DNA of 64,000 nt from an uncultured Bacteroidota bacterium (GTDB taxonomy: Bacteria > Bacteroidota > Ignavibacteria > UBA10030 > UBA6906): contig CAVOYH010000003.1 of assembly GCA_963700635.1 (NCBI GenBank), forward strand, positions 1,568,001 through 1,632,000, given 5' to 3'. Positions 19,874 to 30,466 of the stretch are shown piece by piece (within the stretch, counting starts at the first letter, position 1; every line of letters begins with the position of its first letter). A program made the translations under genes and the position numbers. The notes under the pieces were generated by a model, which ran no database searches, was not told where the DNA came from, and saw only the letters and a program-made list of their open reading frames with translations.

Positions 19874-21295
19874 ATGCCGGAGAAGCGCGACCATATCGTG
19901 ATTGACCATCCACTCCTGCTGCATCTGGGGAAGGAGGCTGACCGCCTCGGAGTGGAGGCGTATGTCGTCGGAGGGTACGTGCGGGACTTCCTTCTCGGCA
20001 AAAACGTCCAGGATATTGACATTCTCGTCATGGGCGATGCCATCGCGTTTGCGCATGCGGTTGCCCCGGGGCTCGGCGCGGGCAAGGTGGTCACGTTCGA
20101 ACGGTTCGGGACCGCCATGATCCCTCTGGAGGGAGGAAAGCTGGAGTTTGTCGGCGCGCGGAAGGAGAAATATTCGGGTGAGTCCCGCAAACCGGAGGTC
20201 TCGCCTGCTACGCTGGGTGAGGATCTCTCCCGGAGGGACTTCACCGTCAATGCTCTCGCTGTTGCGTTGAACACCAGGACGCTGGGGAGCCTCCATGATC
20301 CGTTTCATGGCCGGGACGACCTTGAGGCGCGGCGGCTCCGGACTCCGTTGGATCCGCAGCACACATTTGATGACGATCCTCTCCGCATGCTCCGGGCGAT
20401 CCGCTTTGCGTCGCAGCTGGAATTCACCCTTGAGCCTGCAGTGCTTGAGGCCGTGGGTGCGATGAAGGAGAGGCTCCGTATCGTCTCACAGGAACGGATT
20501 ACCGAAGAATTTCTGAAAACGCTGGCGACGGCCAGACCCTCCATCGGTCTGCTCCTCATGCACCGGACAGGGCTCCTGGACATCGTCTTTCCCGAGATCG
20601 CCCAGATGGCCGGCATCGATCAGCGGCGGGACCATCATCACAAAGACGTGTTTCTCCACACGTGCACGGTGGTTGACAACATCGCGCGGACGACGGATGA
20701 CCCCTGGCTCAGGTTTGCCGCGCTGGTTCACGACATAGCAAAACCCCGGACGAAAGCGTATCAGGAGGGTGTGGGCTGGACGTTTCACGGTCACGAAGAG
20801 ATCGGGGCCCGTATGATGAAGAAGATCTTCCAGCGGCTGCGCCTGCCCTATGATCCCCTCCCCCATGTCGAGAAACTGGTTCGCCTGCATCTCCGTCCTA
20901 TGGTGCTGGTGGATGACGGCGTGACGGATTCCGCCGTGCGTCGGTTGATGTTCGAAGCCGGTGAGCACATTGATGATCTGATGAAGCTCTGTCGCGCCGA
21001 TATCACCTCAAAAAACCCCGCCCTTGTTCGCCGCTATCTCAACAACTACGAGATCGTGATGGACAAGATCCGGGAAGTAGAAGAGAAGGACCGTCTCAGG
21101 AACTGGCAGCCTCCGCTGCGGGGAGACGAAATCATGTCGGTGTGCGGTATCCCCCAGGGGAAGAGCGTCGGGCTTCTGAAAAAGGCCATTGAGGAGGCCA
21201 TTCTCGATGGCAGGATCCCAAACGAGCATGATGCGGCGCTGGAGTATCTTCGTTCTATTAAAGAGGATATTCTCCGTTCTTTGCCACTCCCATGA
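19874..21295 (+). CDS. cca: CCA tRNA nucleotidyltransferase with HD domain
   Basis: VGGYVRD, DID, RRDFTVNA, DDPLRMLRAIRF, HDIAKP; four of the five tRNA genes here lack an encoded CCA. Confidence 0.88.
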   Translation: MPEKRDHIVIDHPLLLHLGKEADRLGVEAYVVGGYVRDFLLGKNVQDIDILVMGDAIAFAHAVAPGLGAGKVVTFERFGTAMIPLEGGKLEFVGARKEKYSGESRKPEVSPATLGEDLSRRDFTVNALAVALNTRTLGSLHDPFHGRDDLEARRLRTPLDPQHTFDDDPLRMLRAIRFASQLEFTLEPAVLEAVGAMKERLRIVSQERITEEFLKTLATARPSIGLLLMHRTGLLDIVFPEIAQMAGIDQRRDHHHKDVFLHTCTVVDNIARTTDDPWLRFAALVHDIAKPRTKAYQEGVGWTFHGHEEIGARMMKKIFQRLRLPYDPLPHVEKLVRLHLRPMVLVDDGVTDSAVRRLMFEAGEHIDDLMKLCRADITSKNPALVRRYLNNYEIVMDKIREVEEKDRLRNWQPPLRGDEIMSVCGIPQGKSVGLLKKAIEEAILDGRIPNEHDAALEYLRSIKEDILRSLPLP

Positions 21296-21321
21296 AACTT
21301 TGAACGCCTTTTCCCGTCTAA
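21293..21321 (+). promoter_or_regulatory. ECF (SigW/RpoE-type) promoter upstream of the TolC-MacAB operon
   Basis: TGAAAC-N16-CGTCTAA matches the established SigW-type consensus TGAAAC-N16/17-CGT. Confidence 0.6.
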
Positions 21322-21439
21322 GAAGTGAGGAAAAAAGAGGGTCTTCGCGAAGGAACGATCGTCGATTTTCCCGTGTTTTTCATACTCTGAGGGTCTTTCC
21401 CCCACTTTTCCTGACCTTTCGTCTCACAATCATGAAGAT

Positions 21440-22789
21440 ATGGAGTACACCATGACCGTGCGTCTCATCGCCCTGAGTGTCGCGCTCATCCTGCTGGTTG
21501 TTCCTTTGCCTGCGCAACCACGAACGCTGACCCTGGAACAGGCAACGCAGATCGCCCTGGAGCGCAATCTGAGCGCTATGCAGGCACGAAACAACGTTGA
21601 TGCCGCGAAGAGTTCGGTTCTTGCTGCTTACGGACGTTACCTGCCCGGCCTCGGCGCTACGGGGGCATGGACCCGGAGCCAGACCGAGGGACCGATCTAC
21701 ACGCAGGGAATCCCCATTCCGGGATCCTCCACCAAGCAGACGACAGGGAGCTTTTCCGGCAACCTCAGCGCCAATCTCCTCCTGTTCGACTCATTTGAAC
21801 GCGAAGCCAATCTGAACCGGGCGAACGCGACATCGGACGCGACCGAGCTCTCCGCGACACGGACACGCCAATCGGTCGTATTCCAGGTGGAAAGCTCGTA
21901 TCTCAACGTACTGCGGCTCGACCAGCTGGTGAAAGTAAGCGAAGAGAATCTCAAACGGGATCGCCGCCAGCTGGAACGCATCATTGAATCGAACCGGGTC
22001 GGGGCGCTTTCTCTCGCGGACGTGTACCGGCAACAGTCGCAGGTGGCCATTGATGAACTGAGCATGATCAATGCGCAGAATTCCTTTGACAAGGCGGAAG
22101 CCGACCTGGTGGCTCTCATCGGACTGAGCGTTGCAGAGGAATTTGCCTTCGTGGACGAATCGGTTTCCACGTCGATTGATTCAACGGATATCGCCTCCAC
22201 GCGATCGAAGTACCGGGACCTGGGTTCACTGACCTCAACGGCGTTGACGTATCGTCCGGACTACCTTGGCACGAAGAAATCGTTCGACGCATCCTCGTCC
22301 GGTATCACGATTGCCCGCGCGGGGTATTTTCCATCGCTGAGCGCTTTCGCGGGAATCAATGCCAACAACGAAGAATTCGGAAAACTGCTGGATTTCAAGA
22401 CTCTCTCCTGGGGTGTACGCCTGAGCTGGACCCTGTTCGACGGATTTGCGACCAATCAGGCGCTCCAGTCGGCGATTGCGACCAGCAGGAATGCGGAACT
22501 GACTCTCGCACAATCCGAGCGGAACATCGGGGTGGAAGTCAAGAAAGCCCTCCTGGACCTCGAAGCTGCCATGAAGCAGTATGAAGTAAGCCAGAAAGGG
22601 ATGACGTCGGCGAGGGAAGACCGCAAGATCGCAGAAGAGCGGTACAATCTCGGTGCCGGCACCCTGCTTGACCTTCTGGTCGCGAGCGCGAATTTCGTCA
22701 ACGCTGAAGCAAATGTCGTCAACGCCTCGTATAACTATATTATTGCAAAACGCAACGTAGAATACGTCCTCGGCGAGAGGGTCTACTAA
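21440..22789 (+). CDS. TolC family outer-membrane efflux protein
   Basis: Signal peptide, LTLEQA..ALERN, YLP/YFPSL, LFDGF, ERYNLGAGTLLDLL. Confidence 0.92.
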   Translation: MEYTMTVRLIALSVALILLVVPLPAQPRTLTLEQATQIALERNLSAMQARNNVDAAKSSVLAAYGRYLPGLGATGAWTRSQTEGPIYTQGIPIPGSSTKQTTGSFSGNLSANLLLFDSFEREANLNRANATSDATELSATRTRQSVVFQVESSYLNVLRLDQLVKVSEENLKRDRRQLERIIESNRVGALSLADVYRQQSQVAIDELSMINAQNSFDKAEADLVALIGLSVAEEFAFVDESVSTSIDSTDIASTRSKYRDLGSLTSTALTYRPDYLGTKKSFDASSSGITIARAGYFPSLSAFAGINANNEEFGKLLDFKTLSWGVRLSWTLFDGFATNQALQSAIATSRNAELTLAQSERNIGVEVKKALLDLEAAMKQYEVSQKGMTSAREDRKIAEERYNLGAGTLLDLLVASANFVNAEANVVNASYNYIIAKRNVEYVLGERVY

Positions 22790-22811
22790 AGGATTGGAAG
22801 GAGATCCACGA

Positions 22812-24077
22812 ATGGCAAAGAACGGTAAGAAATCGAAAAAACGGATCATTATCTTTTCCGTCCTCGGGGTACTGGTGATCGCCCTTGCGCTTGTTGTCTT
22901 CCTCGGAAGCAAGAAGGAGCCGGTGATCACGGTTCAGGTGGAGAAGGTGGCTGCGCGCACTGTGACGCAGATGGTGACTGCGACAGGAAAGATCCAGCCC
23001 GAGGTGCTGGTAAAAATTACGCCCGAAGTGAGCGGTGAAATTGTGGCACTGCCGGTGAAGGAAGGGCAGCGGGTGAAGAAGGGCGACCTTCTGATGAAGA
23101 TCAAACCCGACTTCTACGCTGCGCAGCGCGACCAGGCTTCCGCAGGCTTGCTGCAGGCCAAAGCCGGTCTTAGCAGGACCGAGCCGGAATTCCGGCGGGT
23201 TGAGACACTGTTCAAGAAGGGACTGGCTTCGGAATCGGAATTTGACCAGGCACGTGCGAGCTACGAGGCGAGCAAGGCGACGTTCGCACAGGCCACGGCC
23301 TCGCTGAACCAGGCCGAAGAGAGCCTTCGCAAGACTATTGTCCTTGCACCGATGGATGGAACGGTGAGCCAGTTGAACTCCGAACTCGGCGAGCGTGTCC
23401 TCGGGACGGTTCAGTTTCAGGGGACTGATGTCATGACGATTGCCGATCTCTCCCGGATGGAGGCCCGCGTCGACGTCAGCGAGAATGACGTCATCCTCGT
23501 CTCTGTAGGCGATACCGCCAAGATCGAGGTGGACGCCTTCCCCGACAGGAAGGTCAACGCCGTCGTCTATGAAATCGCCAATACGGCCACGTCCAAAGGA
23601 CTGGGCACACAGGAAGAAGTCACGAATTTCGAAGTCAAGATGCGCATCGTGACCCCGGGAATCACCCTCCGCCCGGGTATGTCGATGACTGCAGATATTC
23701 AGACCGAGACCAAGCAGAATGTTCTCACTGTTCCCATTCAGAGTGTCACGACCCGGATGCCGAAGATGGAAGTGAAAGAAGGGGAAGGGGATGGCCAGAG
23801 TGGCGTGGTCCTCGCTTCGAATGCACCGAAGAGGAAGGAAGAGGACAAACCGAAGGAGATCGTGTTCATCGTGGAGAACGGTGCGGCGAAAGCGGTTCCG
23901 GTGAAAAGGGGTATCAGTGACGATACATACACCGAAATCACCGAGGGGATCGGCGAAGGGGTCCAGGTGGTGTCGGGGACGTATAAGGCCATCAACCGCG
24001 AGCTCGAAGATGGAACAAAGGTCCGGATCGAAGAACAGAAAAAAACCGGGGTGAGAAAGACCGGCGAGGGTACGTAA
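22812..24077 (+). CDS. Periplasmic adaptor subunit (MacA-like)
   Basis: N-terminal [40 protein letters not shown]. Confidence 0.92.
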   Translation: MAKNGKKSKKRIIIFSVLGVLVIALALVVFLGSKKEPVITVQVEKVAARTVTQMVTATGKIQPEVLVKITPEVSGEIVALPVKEGQRVKKGDLLMKIKPDFYAAQRDQASAGLLQAKAGLSRTEPEFRRVETLFKKGLASESEFDQARASYEASKATFAQATASLNQAEESLRKTIVLAPMDGTVSQLNSELGERVLGTVQFQGTDVMTIADLSRMEARVDVSENDVILVSVGDTAKIEVDAFPDRKVNAVVYEIANTATSKGLGTQEEVTNFEVKMRIVTPGITLRPGMSMTADIQTETKQNVLTVPIQSVTTRMPKMEVKEGEGDGQSGVVLASNAPKRKEEDKPKEIVFIVENGAAKAVPVKRGISDDTYTEITEGIGEGVQVVSGTYKAINRELEDGTKVRIEEQKKTGVRKTGEGT

Positions 24078-24078
24078 C

Positions 24079-24798
24079 ATGAACGTCATTGAACTGAAAG
24101 ATATCGTCAAGACGTATGACATGGGAGGAGCGGAGCAGGTGCTGGCTCTCCGCGGGGTGACCATGTCGATTGCCAAGAACGAGTATGTGGCCATTATGGG
24201 TCCGTCGGGATCCGGAAAATCCACCCTGATGAACGTCATCGGGTGTCTGGATACGCCCACGTCGGGGATGTATCAGTTCAACGGCGTTAATGTCAGTGAA
24301 ATGGACGACAACGAACTGGCGAGGGTGCGGAACAAGGAGATCGGGTTCGTGTTTCAGACCTTCAATCTGCTTCCGCGATCGGACGCCCTTCACAATGTGG
24401 AGCTGCCGTTAATCTATGCCGGCATATCTTCCACAGATCGGAAAGAGCGGGCGCTGGCGACACTGGGGCACGTGGGTCTGGGCGACCGGGTTCACCATAA
24501 GCCGAATGAGCTTTCGGGCGGGCAGCGCCAGCGTGTTGCAGTTGCCCGGGCGCTTGTGACGCATCCTTCGATCATCCTTGCCGACGAGCCGACAGGCAAT
24601 CTCGACACCAAGACGGGCGAAGAGATTATGATGCTGTTTGAAGAACTCCATCATCAGGGCAACACGATGATCCTCGTGACCCATGAAGCGGACGTTGCCG
24701 CGCATGCCCATCGTGTGGTTCGTCTGCGCGACGGAAAAATCGAGACGGATGAAATCGTCCGGGCCCGCAAGACATACGCGGCGGCCGGTGCTTCGTGA
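24079..24798 (+). CDS. ABC transporter ATP-binding protein (MacB/LolD family)
   Basis: [32 protein letters not shown]. Confidence 0.95.
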   Translation: MNVIELKDIVKTYDMGGAEQVLALRGVTMSIAKNEYVAIMGPSGSGKSTLMNVIGCLDTPTSGMYQFNGVNVSEMDDNELARVRNKEIGFVFQTFNLLPRSDALHNVELPLIYAGISSTDRKERALATLGHVGLGDRVHHKPNELSGGQRQRVAVARALVTHPSIILADEPTGNLDTKTGEEIMMLFEELHHQGNTMILVTHEADVAAHAHRVVRLRDGKIETDEIVRARKTYAAAGAS

Positions 24799-24816
24799 TA
24801 CCAATGGGAGACGGGG

Positions 24817-26043
24817 ATGGCTCTATTCACTGAGATCAAAGAGGGATTGCTGATTGCGCTCGGCGCCATCCGCGCGAACAAGATGCGGTCGGTGCTGACC
24901 ACCCTCGGCATCGTGATCGGGATCGTTTCCGTGACCTTGATGGCAACCGCGATCGAAGGGGTCAACAGGGCATTCGAGCGGAGTGCAGCGGCCTTCGGCA
25001 CGGATGTTCTGTATGTCCAGAGGTTTCCGTGGGTGGGAAATGAGGACTGGGCGACGATCCGCAACCGCAGGATGCTCGAAGCGGACTACGCCGCAAAGAT
25101 CGAACGGCAGTCACTCTTCTCCGATGCCGTCGCGCCGGTCATTGCAACCCGCCGGCGTGTGTATCGCGGCAATGAAAGCATGGAGGATGCATTCATCAGC
25201 GGGACCACCAATCAGTACATGAATGCCGCGGGTGTGACGCTGCAGGATGGTCGCTTCTTCACTGCCGAGGAATCCAACGGCGGCCGACCTGTATGCGCCA
25301 TCGGCGCCAATATCGCGGAGACGCTGTTTCCGACGGAAGACCCGATCGGAAAGATCATCCGCGTGGCCGGACATCCGTATACTGTGCTCGGCATCTTTGA
25401 GAAGCAGGGAGGGTTGTTTGGTGTCTTCACGTCGGACAACCGCGTCTTCGTCCCCCTGCTCTCGTTCCAGAGCCACTTCGGCGGCAGGCGGCGGGACGTC
25501 ACAATCCAGGTGCGGGTAAACGATCTCAAACAGATGGATGATGCCAAGCTCGAGATCGAAGGGATCATGCGGAAACTGCGCCGTATCGCCCCCGGAAAAC
25601 CAAACGATTTCAACATCAACCAGCAGGAACTGCTGACCGCGACTTTCGCGCCGATCAGCCTGGTCATCGCCTCTATCGGCTTGTTCATTACCGGTCTGGC
25701 ATTGTTTGTCGGCGGAATCGGGATTATGAACATCATGTTTGTGTCGGTGACCGAACGGACCCGGGAAATCGGTATCCGGAAAGCCATTGGAGCGCGGCAG
25801 CGCTCGATACTGTTCCAGTTCCTGATCGAGGCGTCAGCCCTCTGCCTGTTCGGCGGGCTGGTCGGACTGGCAATCTCGTTTCCGTTGAGTCTGATCGTCG
25901 ATCAGGTGTTACCGACTGCCATGCCATTGTCCGTGGTCTTTGTTTCCATCGTCATTTCGCTCGTTGTCGGCGTTGTGTCGGGCTTCCTGCCGGCCTACCG
26001 GGCTTCGAAAATGGATCCCGTGGAGGCACTTCGCTATGAGTAA
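24817..26043 (+). CDS. ABC transporter permease (MacB/FtsX family)
   Basis: RSVLTTLGIVIGI; GGIGIMNIMFVSVTERTREIGIRKAIGA; DPVEALRYE. Confidence 0.95.
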   Translation: MALFTEIKEGLLIALGAIRANKMRSVLTTLGIVIGIVSVTLMATAIEGVNRAFERSAAAFGTDVLYVQRFPWVGNEDWATIRNRRMLEADYAAKIERQSLFSDAVAPVIATRRRVYRGNESMEDAFISGTTNQYMNAAGVTLQDGRFFTAEESNGGRPVCAIGANIAETLFPTEDPIGKIIRVAGHPYTVLGIFEKQGGLFGVFTSDNRVFVPLLSFQSHFGGRRRDVTIQVRVNDLKQMDDAKLEIEGIMRKLRRIAPGKPNDFNINQQELLTATFAPISLVIASIGLFITGLALFVGGIGIMNIMFVSVTERTREIGIRKAIGARQRSILFQFLIEASALCLFGGLVGLAISFPLSLIVDQVLPTAMPLSVVFVSIVISLVVGVVSGFLPAYRASKMDPVEALRYE

Positions 26044-27292
26044 ACTGGCCATGGAGTGGGCGACCTTTCGCGAGAGCCTTCAGATGGCGTTGTCGGCCAT
26101 TCGCAACAGCAAGCTCCGGTCTCTCCTCACGCTGCTCGGTATCGCCGTGGGCGTCTTCTCGATCATCTCCGTGATGACCGGAGTGGGCGTGCTGCGGAAC
26201 AGCATCGAGGAAGGGATGATGCAGCTCGGCTCAAACACCTTTCAGGTGCAGAAGTATCCAGCGTTCAACACGGGGCCACGGGACCGGGCCCGGTTCAGGA
26301 ACCGGAAAGACATTACCATTGAGCAGGCCGAGCTGGTGCAGGAACGGGCCACCCTGGCAGAGGCCGTCGGCATCGAAATGTGGCAATTCGGGAAAATGGT
26401 GGTGTGGAAAGGGGAGAAGACGAACCCCAATATCTCCGTGGCCGGCGAGAACCTCGCGGGCCTCATTACCAACGACTGGACCATCGAAAACGGCAGATCG
26501 CTCTCGTTGCAGGATATTGAGCTGGCGAGAGATGTTGTCATCCTCGGCAATGCGCTCGCAGAGAAGCTGTTCCCGCCGAGCATCAATCCGATCGGGGAGC
26601 GGGTCCGCGTCGACGGATCCATCTACCAGGTGATCGGTGTGTTTGCGAAGAAGGGAGGCGCCCTGGGTGGGAACCAGGACAATTTCGTTGCGATGCCCAT
26701 CACCTCCTTCATGCAGAAGTACGGCAGGGCAAGCCGGAGCGTCAATATCATGGTGAAGGCAAAGAGCCGTGAGGTGGTGGAGGATGCGATCGAACAGGTG
26801 CGGTTCATCCTCAGGACGGCCCGCAAGGTCCCGCCCGGCACCGAGGATGATTTCGCGTACTTCTCCAATGACTCTCTCATCAACCAGTTCAACGAGTTCA
26901 CGCTCTACCTCCGGCTCGGCGTTCTGCTGGTCAGTTCCATCGCGCTGCTCGCCGCCGGCGTGGGCATCATGAATATCATGCTTGTGTCTGTGACCGAGCG
27001 CACGCGGGAGATCGGCATCCGCAAGGCGATCGGAGCACAAAAGCGCGACATCCTCGCACAGTTCATGATCGAGGCAATTATACTCTGCGAGATCGGAGGG
27101 ATCATCGGTGTCATCGCGGGGATCCTGGGCGGCAACGTCGTCGGACTGCTGCTCGAGGTGCCAGCGATTATCCCCTGGGATTGGGCGATTGTTGGTATTG
27201 TCGTCTGCTCTATTGTAGGACTGGTTTTCGGCGTCTACCCTGCGTGGAAGGCTGCGAACCTGGACCCGATTGAAGCCTTGCGGTACGAATAA
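26036..27292 (+). CDS. ABC transporter permease (MacB/FtsX family), second paralogue
   Basis: RSLLTLLGIAVG; GVGIMNIMLVSVTERTREIGIRKAIGA; DPIEALRYE; overlaps the previous stop. Confidence 0.95.
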   Translation: MSKLAMEWATFRESLQMALSAIRNSKLRSLLTLLGIAVGVFSIISVMTGVGVLRNSIEEGMMQLGSNTFQVQKYPAFNTGPRDRARFRNRKDITIEQAELVQERATLAEAVGIEMWQFGKMVVWKGEKTNPNISVAGENLAGLITNDWTIENGRSLSLQDIELARDVVILGNALAEKLFPPSINPIGERVRVDGSIYQVIGVFAKKGGALGGNQDNFVAMPITSFMQKYGRASRSVNIMVKAKSREVVEDAIEQVRFILRTARKVPPGTEDDFAYFSNDSLINQFNEFTLYLRLGVLLVSSIALLAAGVGIMNIMLVSVTERTREIGIRKAIGAQKRDILAQFMIEAIILCEIGGIIGVIAGILGGNVVGLLLEVPAIIPWDWAIVGIVVCSIVGLVFGVYPAWKAANLDPIEALRYE

Positions 27293-27296
27293 GACG

Positions 27297-28844
27297 ATGT
27301 CGTTGAACTCTCGCGGGCTGCGGGTAGCCGGTATTCTGGTACTACTGGGAACAGCAACGGCAGTGCTCTCCGCCCAACAGGAACGGCCGTACAGTCCGGT
27401 TTTCAAGAATCGTGTCGTCCCCCCTCCCCCCCTTCTCAGACAATCGGACGCTCTTCAGGAAATCTGGCAGGCATTTCTCGTTTCGCGGAAGGCCCATGGC
27501 GGCGATCCTGTGGCGCAGCACGAACTGGGTGTGCGGTCCATGCTCGGCCGGGGCGTTGAGGCGGACACTGTTCAGGCTGCATACTGGTTCGAGCAGGCGT
27601 CGGCCCGCAACATGCTCTCGTCCCGTTTCAATCTCGGTATTCTCCGGTACCACGGCTGGGGAGAGTCGTGGAATCCCTTTACTTCGTATGAAGCGTTCCT
27701 GTCATGCGCAGAGTCAGGAATGGCGGATGCGCAATTTGCCGTTGCGCTGTTCTATCTTGACAATCTCGTCGTGCCGCGTGATTATCGCCGGGCCCTTTCG
27801 TGGGCTCGCCGGGCAGCTGAAAACGGATTTGAACCAGCCAAAGAAGCCGTGCCACAGCTTGAGAAGAGTATTGCCCGCGACACCGCAAAGATTGAACCGG
27901 GCGATGGAACTCCCTCAGAAGCGATACCGTTTCTCAGCGAGGACGCCGGAGACACGGCCACACAACGCGTTGGGGATGCTTTTGTCAAATCGGTTGCCCT
28001 GGGAGGCGACCCCGAACTCCGCAAATCGCTTGGACTCGCCCGCATGCTGGACGCGGATCTGTCCGTTGATTCGCTCCGCCGGAGGGGCATCACCGCTGCA
28101 GCCGCCACCGGCAGCCCGGAAGCCCTTGCAGTTCTTGGCCGGTACCGGGAAAAGGGAGCCGATGGGACACGGGATGTCGTGCAGGCGTGTGGCTACTATG
28201 TGCGGGCGGTGCGCATGGACTGGCCCCGGGCCGCGCGCCTTCTCTGGAACCTTGTCCACCAGAACGGCGTGGTCAGCGAGATCCGTACGCGCGCACGGAA
28301 GGGCGACAACGATGCGCAGTATGTCTGGGTGGCGCTTCTCGCGCTCGGCTATGAATCCGTCCTGATGCAGGAGCAAGCCCTTCTCACCCCGGAGCAGGCG
28401 GTCCGCCTCTTGCGGAAGGGGGCCGAACAGGATCACCTCCCTTCGCTCGTCGAGTTGGGTCTGTGCGCGTACGCCGGACGATGGATGCCGCAGAATACAG
28501 GCGAGGCGGTCAGACTCTGGAAACGGGCAAGCGCGTTGGGAAGTCGGGAAGCGGATATCCGGTTGGCCGTCCTTCAGGTTCAGAACCCGCAGGACTCGCT
28601 GACATTGAAGCAGGCGGTGTCAACACTCGGGCAGGCAGCGGAGGATGGGTCGATCCTCGCCGAAGTGGCCCTCGGGTATTGCTACGAACATGGTGTCGGT
28701 GTCCCCCCCCGGCTTGCAGAATCCGTCCGCCTGTACCGTATCGCTGCGCGGAGGGGGAGTCAGGATGCGTACAGGTCGTTGCAGCGCCTCCATGACGCCA
28801 TACGTCCGACAAACCCCACCTATCGCGTGGAGGATAACGGCTAG
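27297..28844 (+). CDS. Secreted Sel1-repeat protein
   Basis: Signal peptide; repeats AQHELG..GRGV, AQFAVALFY, ELGLCAYAG, ALGYCYEHGVGV. Confidence 0.85.
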   Translation: MSLNSRGLRVAGILVLLGTATAVLSAQQERPYSPVFKNRVVPPPPLLRQSDALQEIWQAFLVSRKAHGGDPVAQHELGVRSMLGRGVEADTVQAAYWFEQASARNMLSSRFNLGILRYHGWGESWNPFTSYEAFLSCAESGMADAQFAVALFYLDNLVVPRDYRRALSWARRAAENGFEPAKEAVPQLEKSIARDTAKIEPGDGTPSEAIPFLSEDAGDTATQRVGDAFVKSVALGGDPELRKSLGLARMLDADLSVDSLRRRGITAAAATGSPEALAVLGRYREKGADGTRDVVQACGYYVRAVRMDWPRAARLLWNLVHQNGVVSEIRTRARKGDNDAQYVWVALLALGYESVLMQEQALLTPEQAVRLLRKGAEQDHLPSLVELGLCAYAGRWMPQNTGEAVRLWKRASALGSREADIRLAVLQVQNPQDSLTLKQAVSTLGQAAEDGSILAEVALGYCYEHGVGVPPRLAESVRLYRIAARRGSQDAYRSLQRLHDAIRPTNPTYRVEDNG

Positions 28845-28845
28845 G

Positions 28846-30459
28846 TCATGTGTCCAGCTGTTCTCCGACCGGCCTGCCCCGCAGAGCGCCGCGGAGTGTG
28901 CTGAGCATGTCGTTCACGGTGAACGGCTTGTGCACGACTCCCAGCGCCCCCAGTTTCAACAATTCTTCCGTCTTCTCCTTCTTGACGTATCCCGTGCTGA
29001 ATACTACCTTGACGTCCGGCCTGATCGCACGGAGCATCGTGAACACGTCATCACCGGACACTTTTGGAAGGCCCAAATCGAGCAGTACGAGGTTGATGCG
29101 CGTGTGATAGGTACGGAACATGGTAACACCTTCGTTGCCGTCAACGGCTTCCAGCACATCGTACCCTGCACGCGTCAGCACTTCCCGGATCAGGGCTCTC
29201 AGCATCTCCTCATCTTCCACGACGAGAATCGTTTCTTTGATCCCCGGCGCCAGCGTCAACTCATCCGGTGCGGTGAAGTCGTTGATACTGGTTTCCACAG
29301 GGACATACAGGGTCACCGTCGTTCCTTTTCCGGGTGTGCTGTCCACGGTGACGAAGCCGTGATGACTTGAGACGATGCCATAGACCACGGAGAGACCGAG
29401 GCCGTTGAACATTGCGCGGTCGCGGGTCGTGAAAAATGGTTCAAAGATATGGTGCGTGACAGACTCGTCCATCCCCTCTCCGGTGTCCTGAATACTGATG
29501 CAGACATATGTTCCGTCCTGTGGATTCGGAAAGCGGGAACGGAGCGTCGCGCCGCTTACCCTGCCGGTTGTCACGGTGATGGTCCCCCCGTGCGGCATGG
29601 CATCACGCGCATTCAGCAGGACATTGAGCAGGGCCTGATGAAACTGGTTCTGATCCGCCAGGATAGACGGGTGCGCGGGATCCAGGTGCTGTGCATACGC
29701 AATGGTCTTCGGGAAGACTTCGGCGACCATCCGCAGGAGGTCCTGCACAACGCTGTTCACGTTGACGGATGCAAACTCGAGGTTTGACTTGGTTGTTACG
29801 CCGACGAGTTGCTGGATCAATGCCGCTCCCCGGCGAACGGCCTGGTTGATGGCATTGAGGCTCTGGGAGACCTTTGCGGGATCGTCCAGGGTCCGTTCGA
29901 GGCGTGAAGAATACCCGAGAATGATTGCGAGGATGTTGTTAAGGTTGTGTGCGAGGCCGACTACCAGGGTACCGATCGATTCCATCTTCTGGGCCTCGAC
30001 CAGTTGTGCCTTGAGGGCATGGCGCTGGTTTTCGGTCTGCCGTTTGTAGAGCGCCATCTCGAGCGTGGTGCGCAGTTCGCTGTCCTCGAAAGGCTTAAGG
30101 AGGTACCCGAACGGTTCGGTGACTTTTGCCCGCTCGATCGTCGTACGGTCGGCGTATGCGGAAAGATAGATGACCGGAATCCCGAAGCGCTGCTGGATGC
30201 GTTCAGCCGCGTCGATTCCGTCCATGTCTCCCTCGAGGCGGATATCCATCAACACCAGATCGGGGTGTTGCTGTCCGGCTGCCCGGACGGCGTCTTCTCC
30301 GGTGGATACGGTGTCGAGGACCGTGTACCCGAGCCGATGGAGTCGTGACCGCAGATCGCCGGCCACGATGCGCTCGTCTTCGACTATCAGGATTCCTGGG
30401 CGGGTTAACGCCGGCGGTGACGGCGGATGTGACGGTGTGGTTTGTTGAACGTCGTCCAT
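28846..30459 (-). CDS. Hybrid histidine kinase REC-HisKA-HATPase-REC (CckA-like, no sensor domain)
   Basis: ILIVEDE..LMDI; H-box AHNLNNIL; NARDAM, DTGEGM, FEPFFTT, GLGL; C-terminal VVEDE..LLDL. Confidence 0.9.
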   Translation of the reverse strand: MDDVQQTTPSHPPSPPALTRPGILIVEDERIVAGDLRSRLHRLGYTVLDTVSTGEDAVRAAGQQHPDLVLMDIRLEGDMDGIDAAERIQQRFGIPVIYLSAYADRTTIERAKVTEPFGYLLKPFEDSELRTTLEMALYKRQTENQRHALKAQLVEAQKMESIGTLVVGLAHNLNNILAIILGYSSRLERTLDDPAKVSQSLNAINQAVRRGAALIQQLVGVTTKSNLEFASVNVNSVVQDLLRMVAEVFPKTIAYAQHLDPAHPSILADQNQFHQALLNVLLNARDAMPHGGTITVTTGRVSGATLRSRFPNPQDGTYVCISIQDTGEGMDESVTHHIFEPFFTTRDRAMFNGLGLSVVYGIVSSHHGFVTVDSTPGKGTTVTLYVPVETSINDFTAPDELTLAPGIKETILVVEDEEMLRALIREVLTRAGYDVLEAVDGNEGVTMFRTYHTRINLVLLDLGLPKVSGDDVFTMLRAIRPDVKVVFSTGYVKKEKTEELLKLGALGVVHKPFTVNDMLSTLRGALRGRPVGEQLDT

Positions 30460-30466
30460 GACAATC

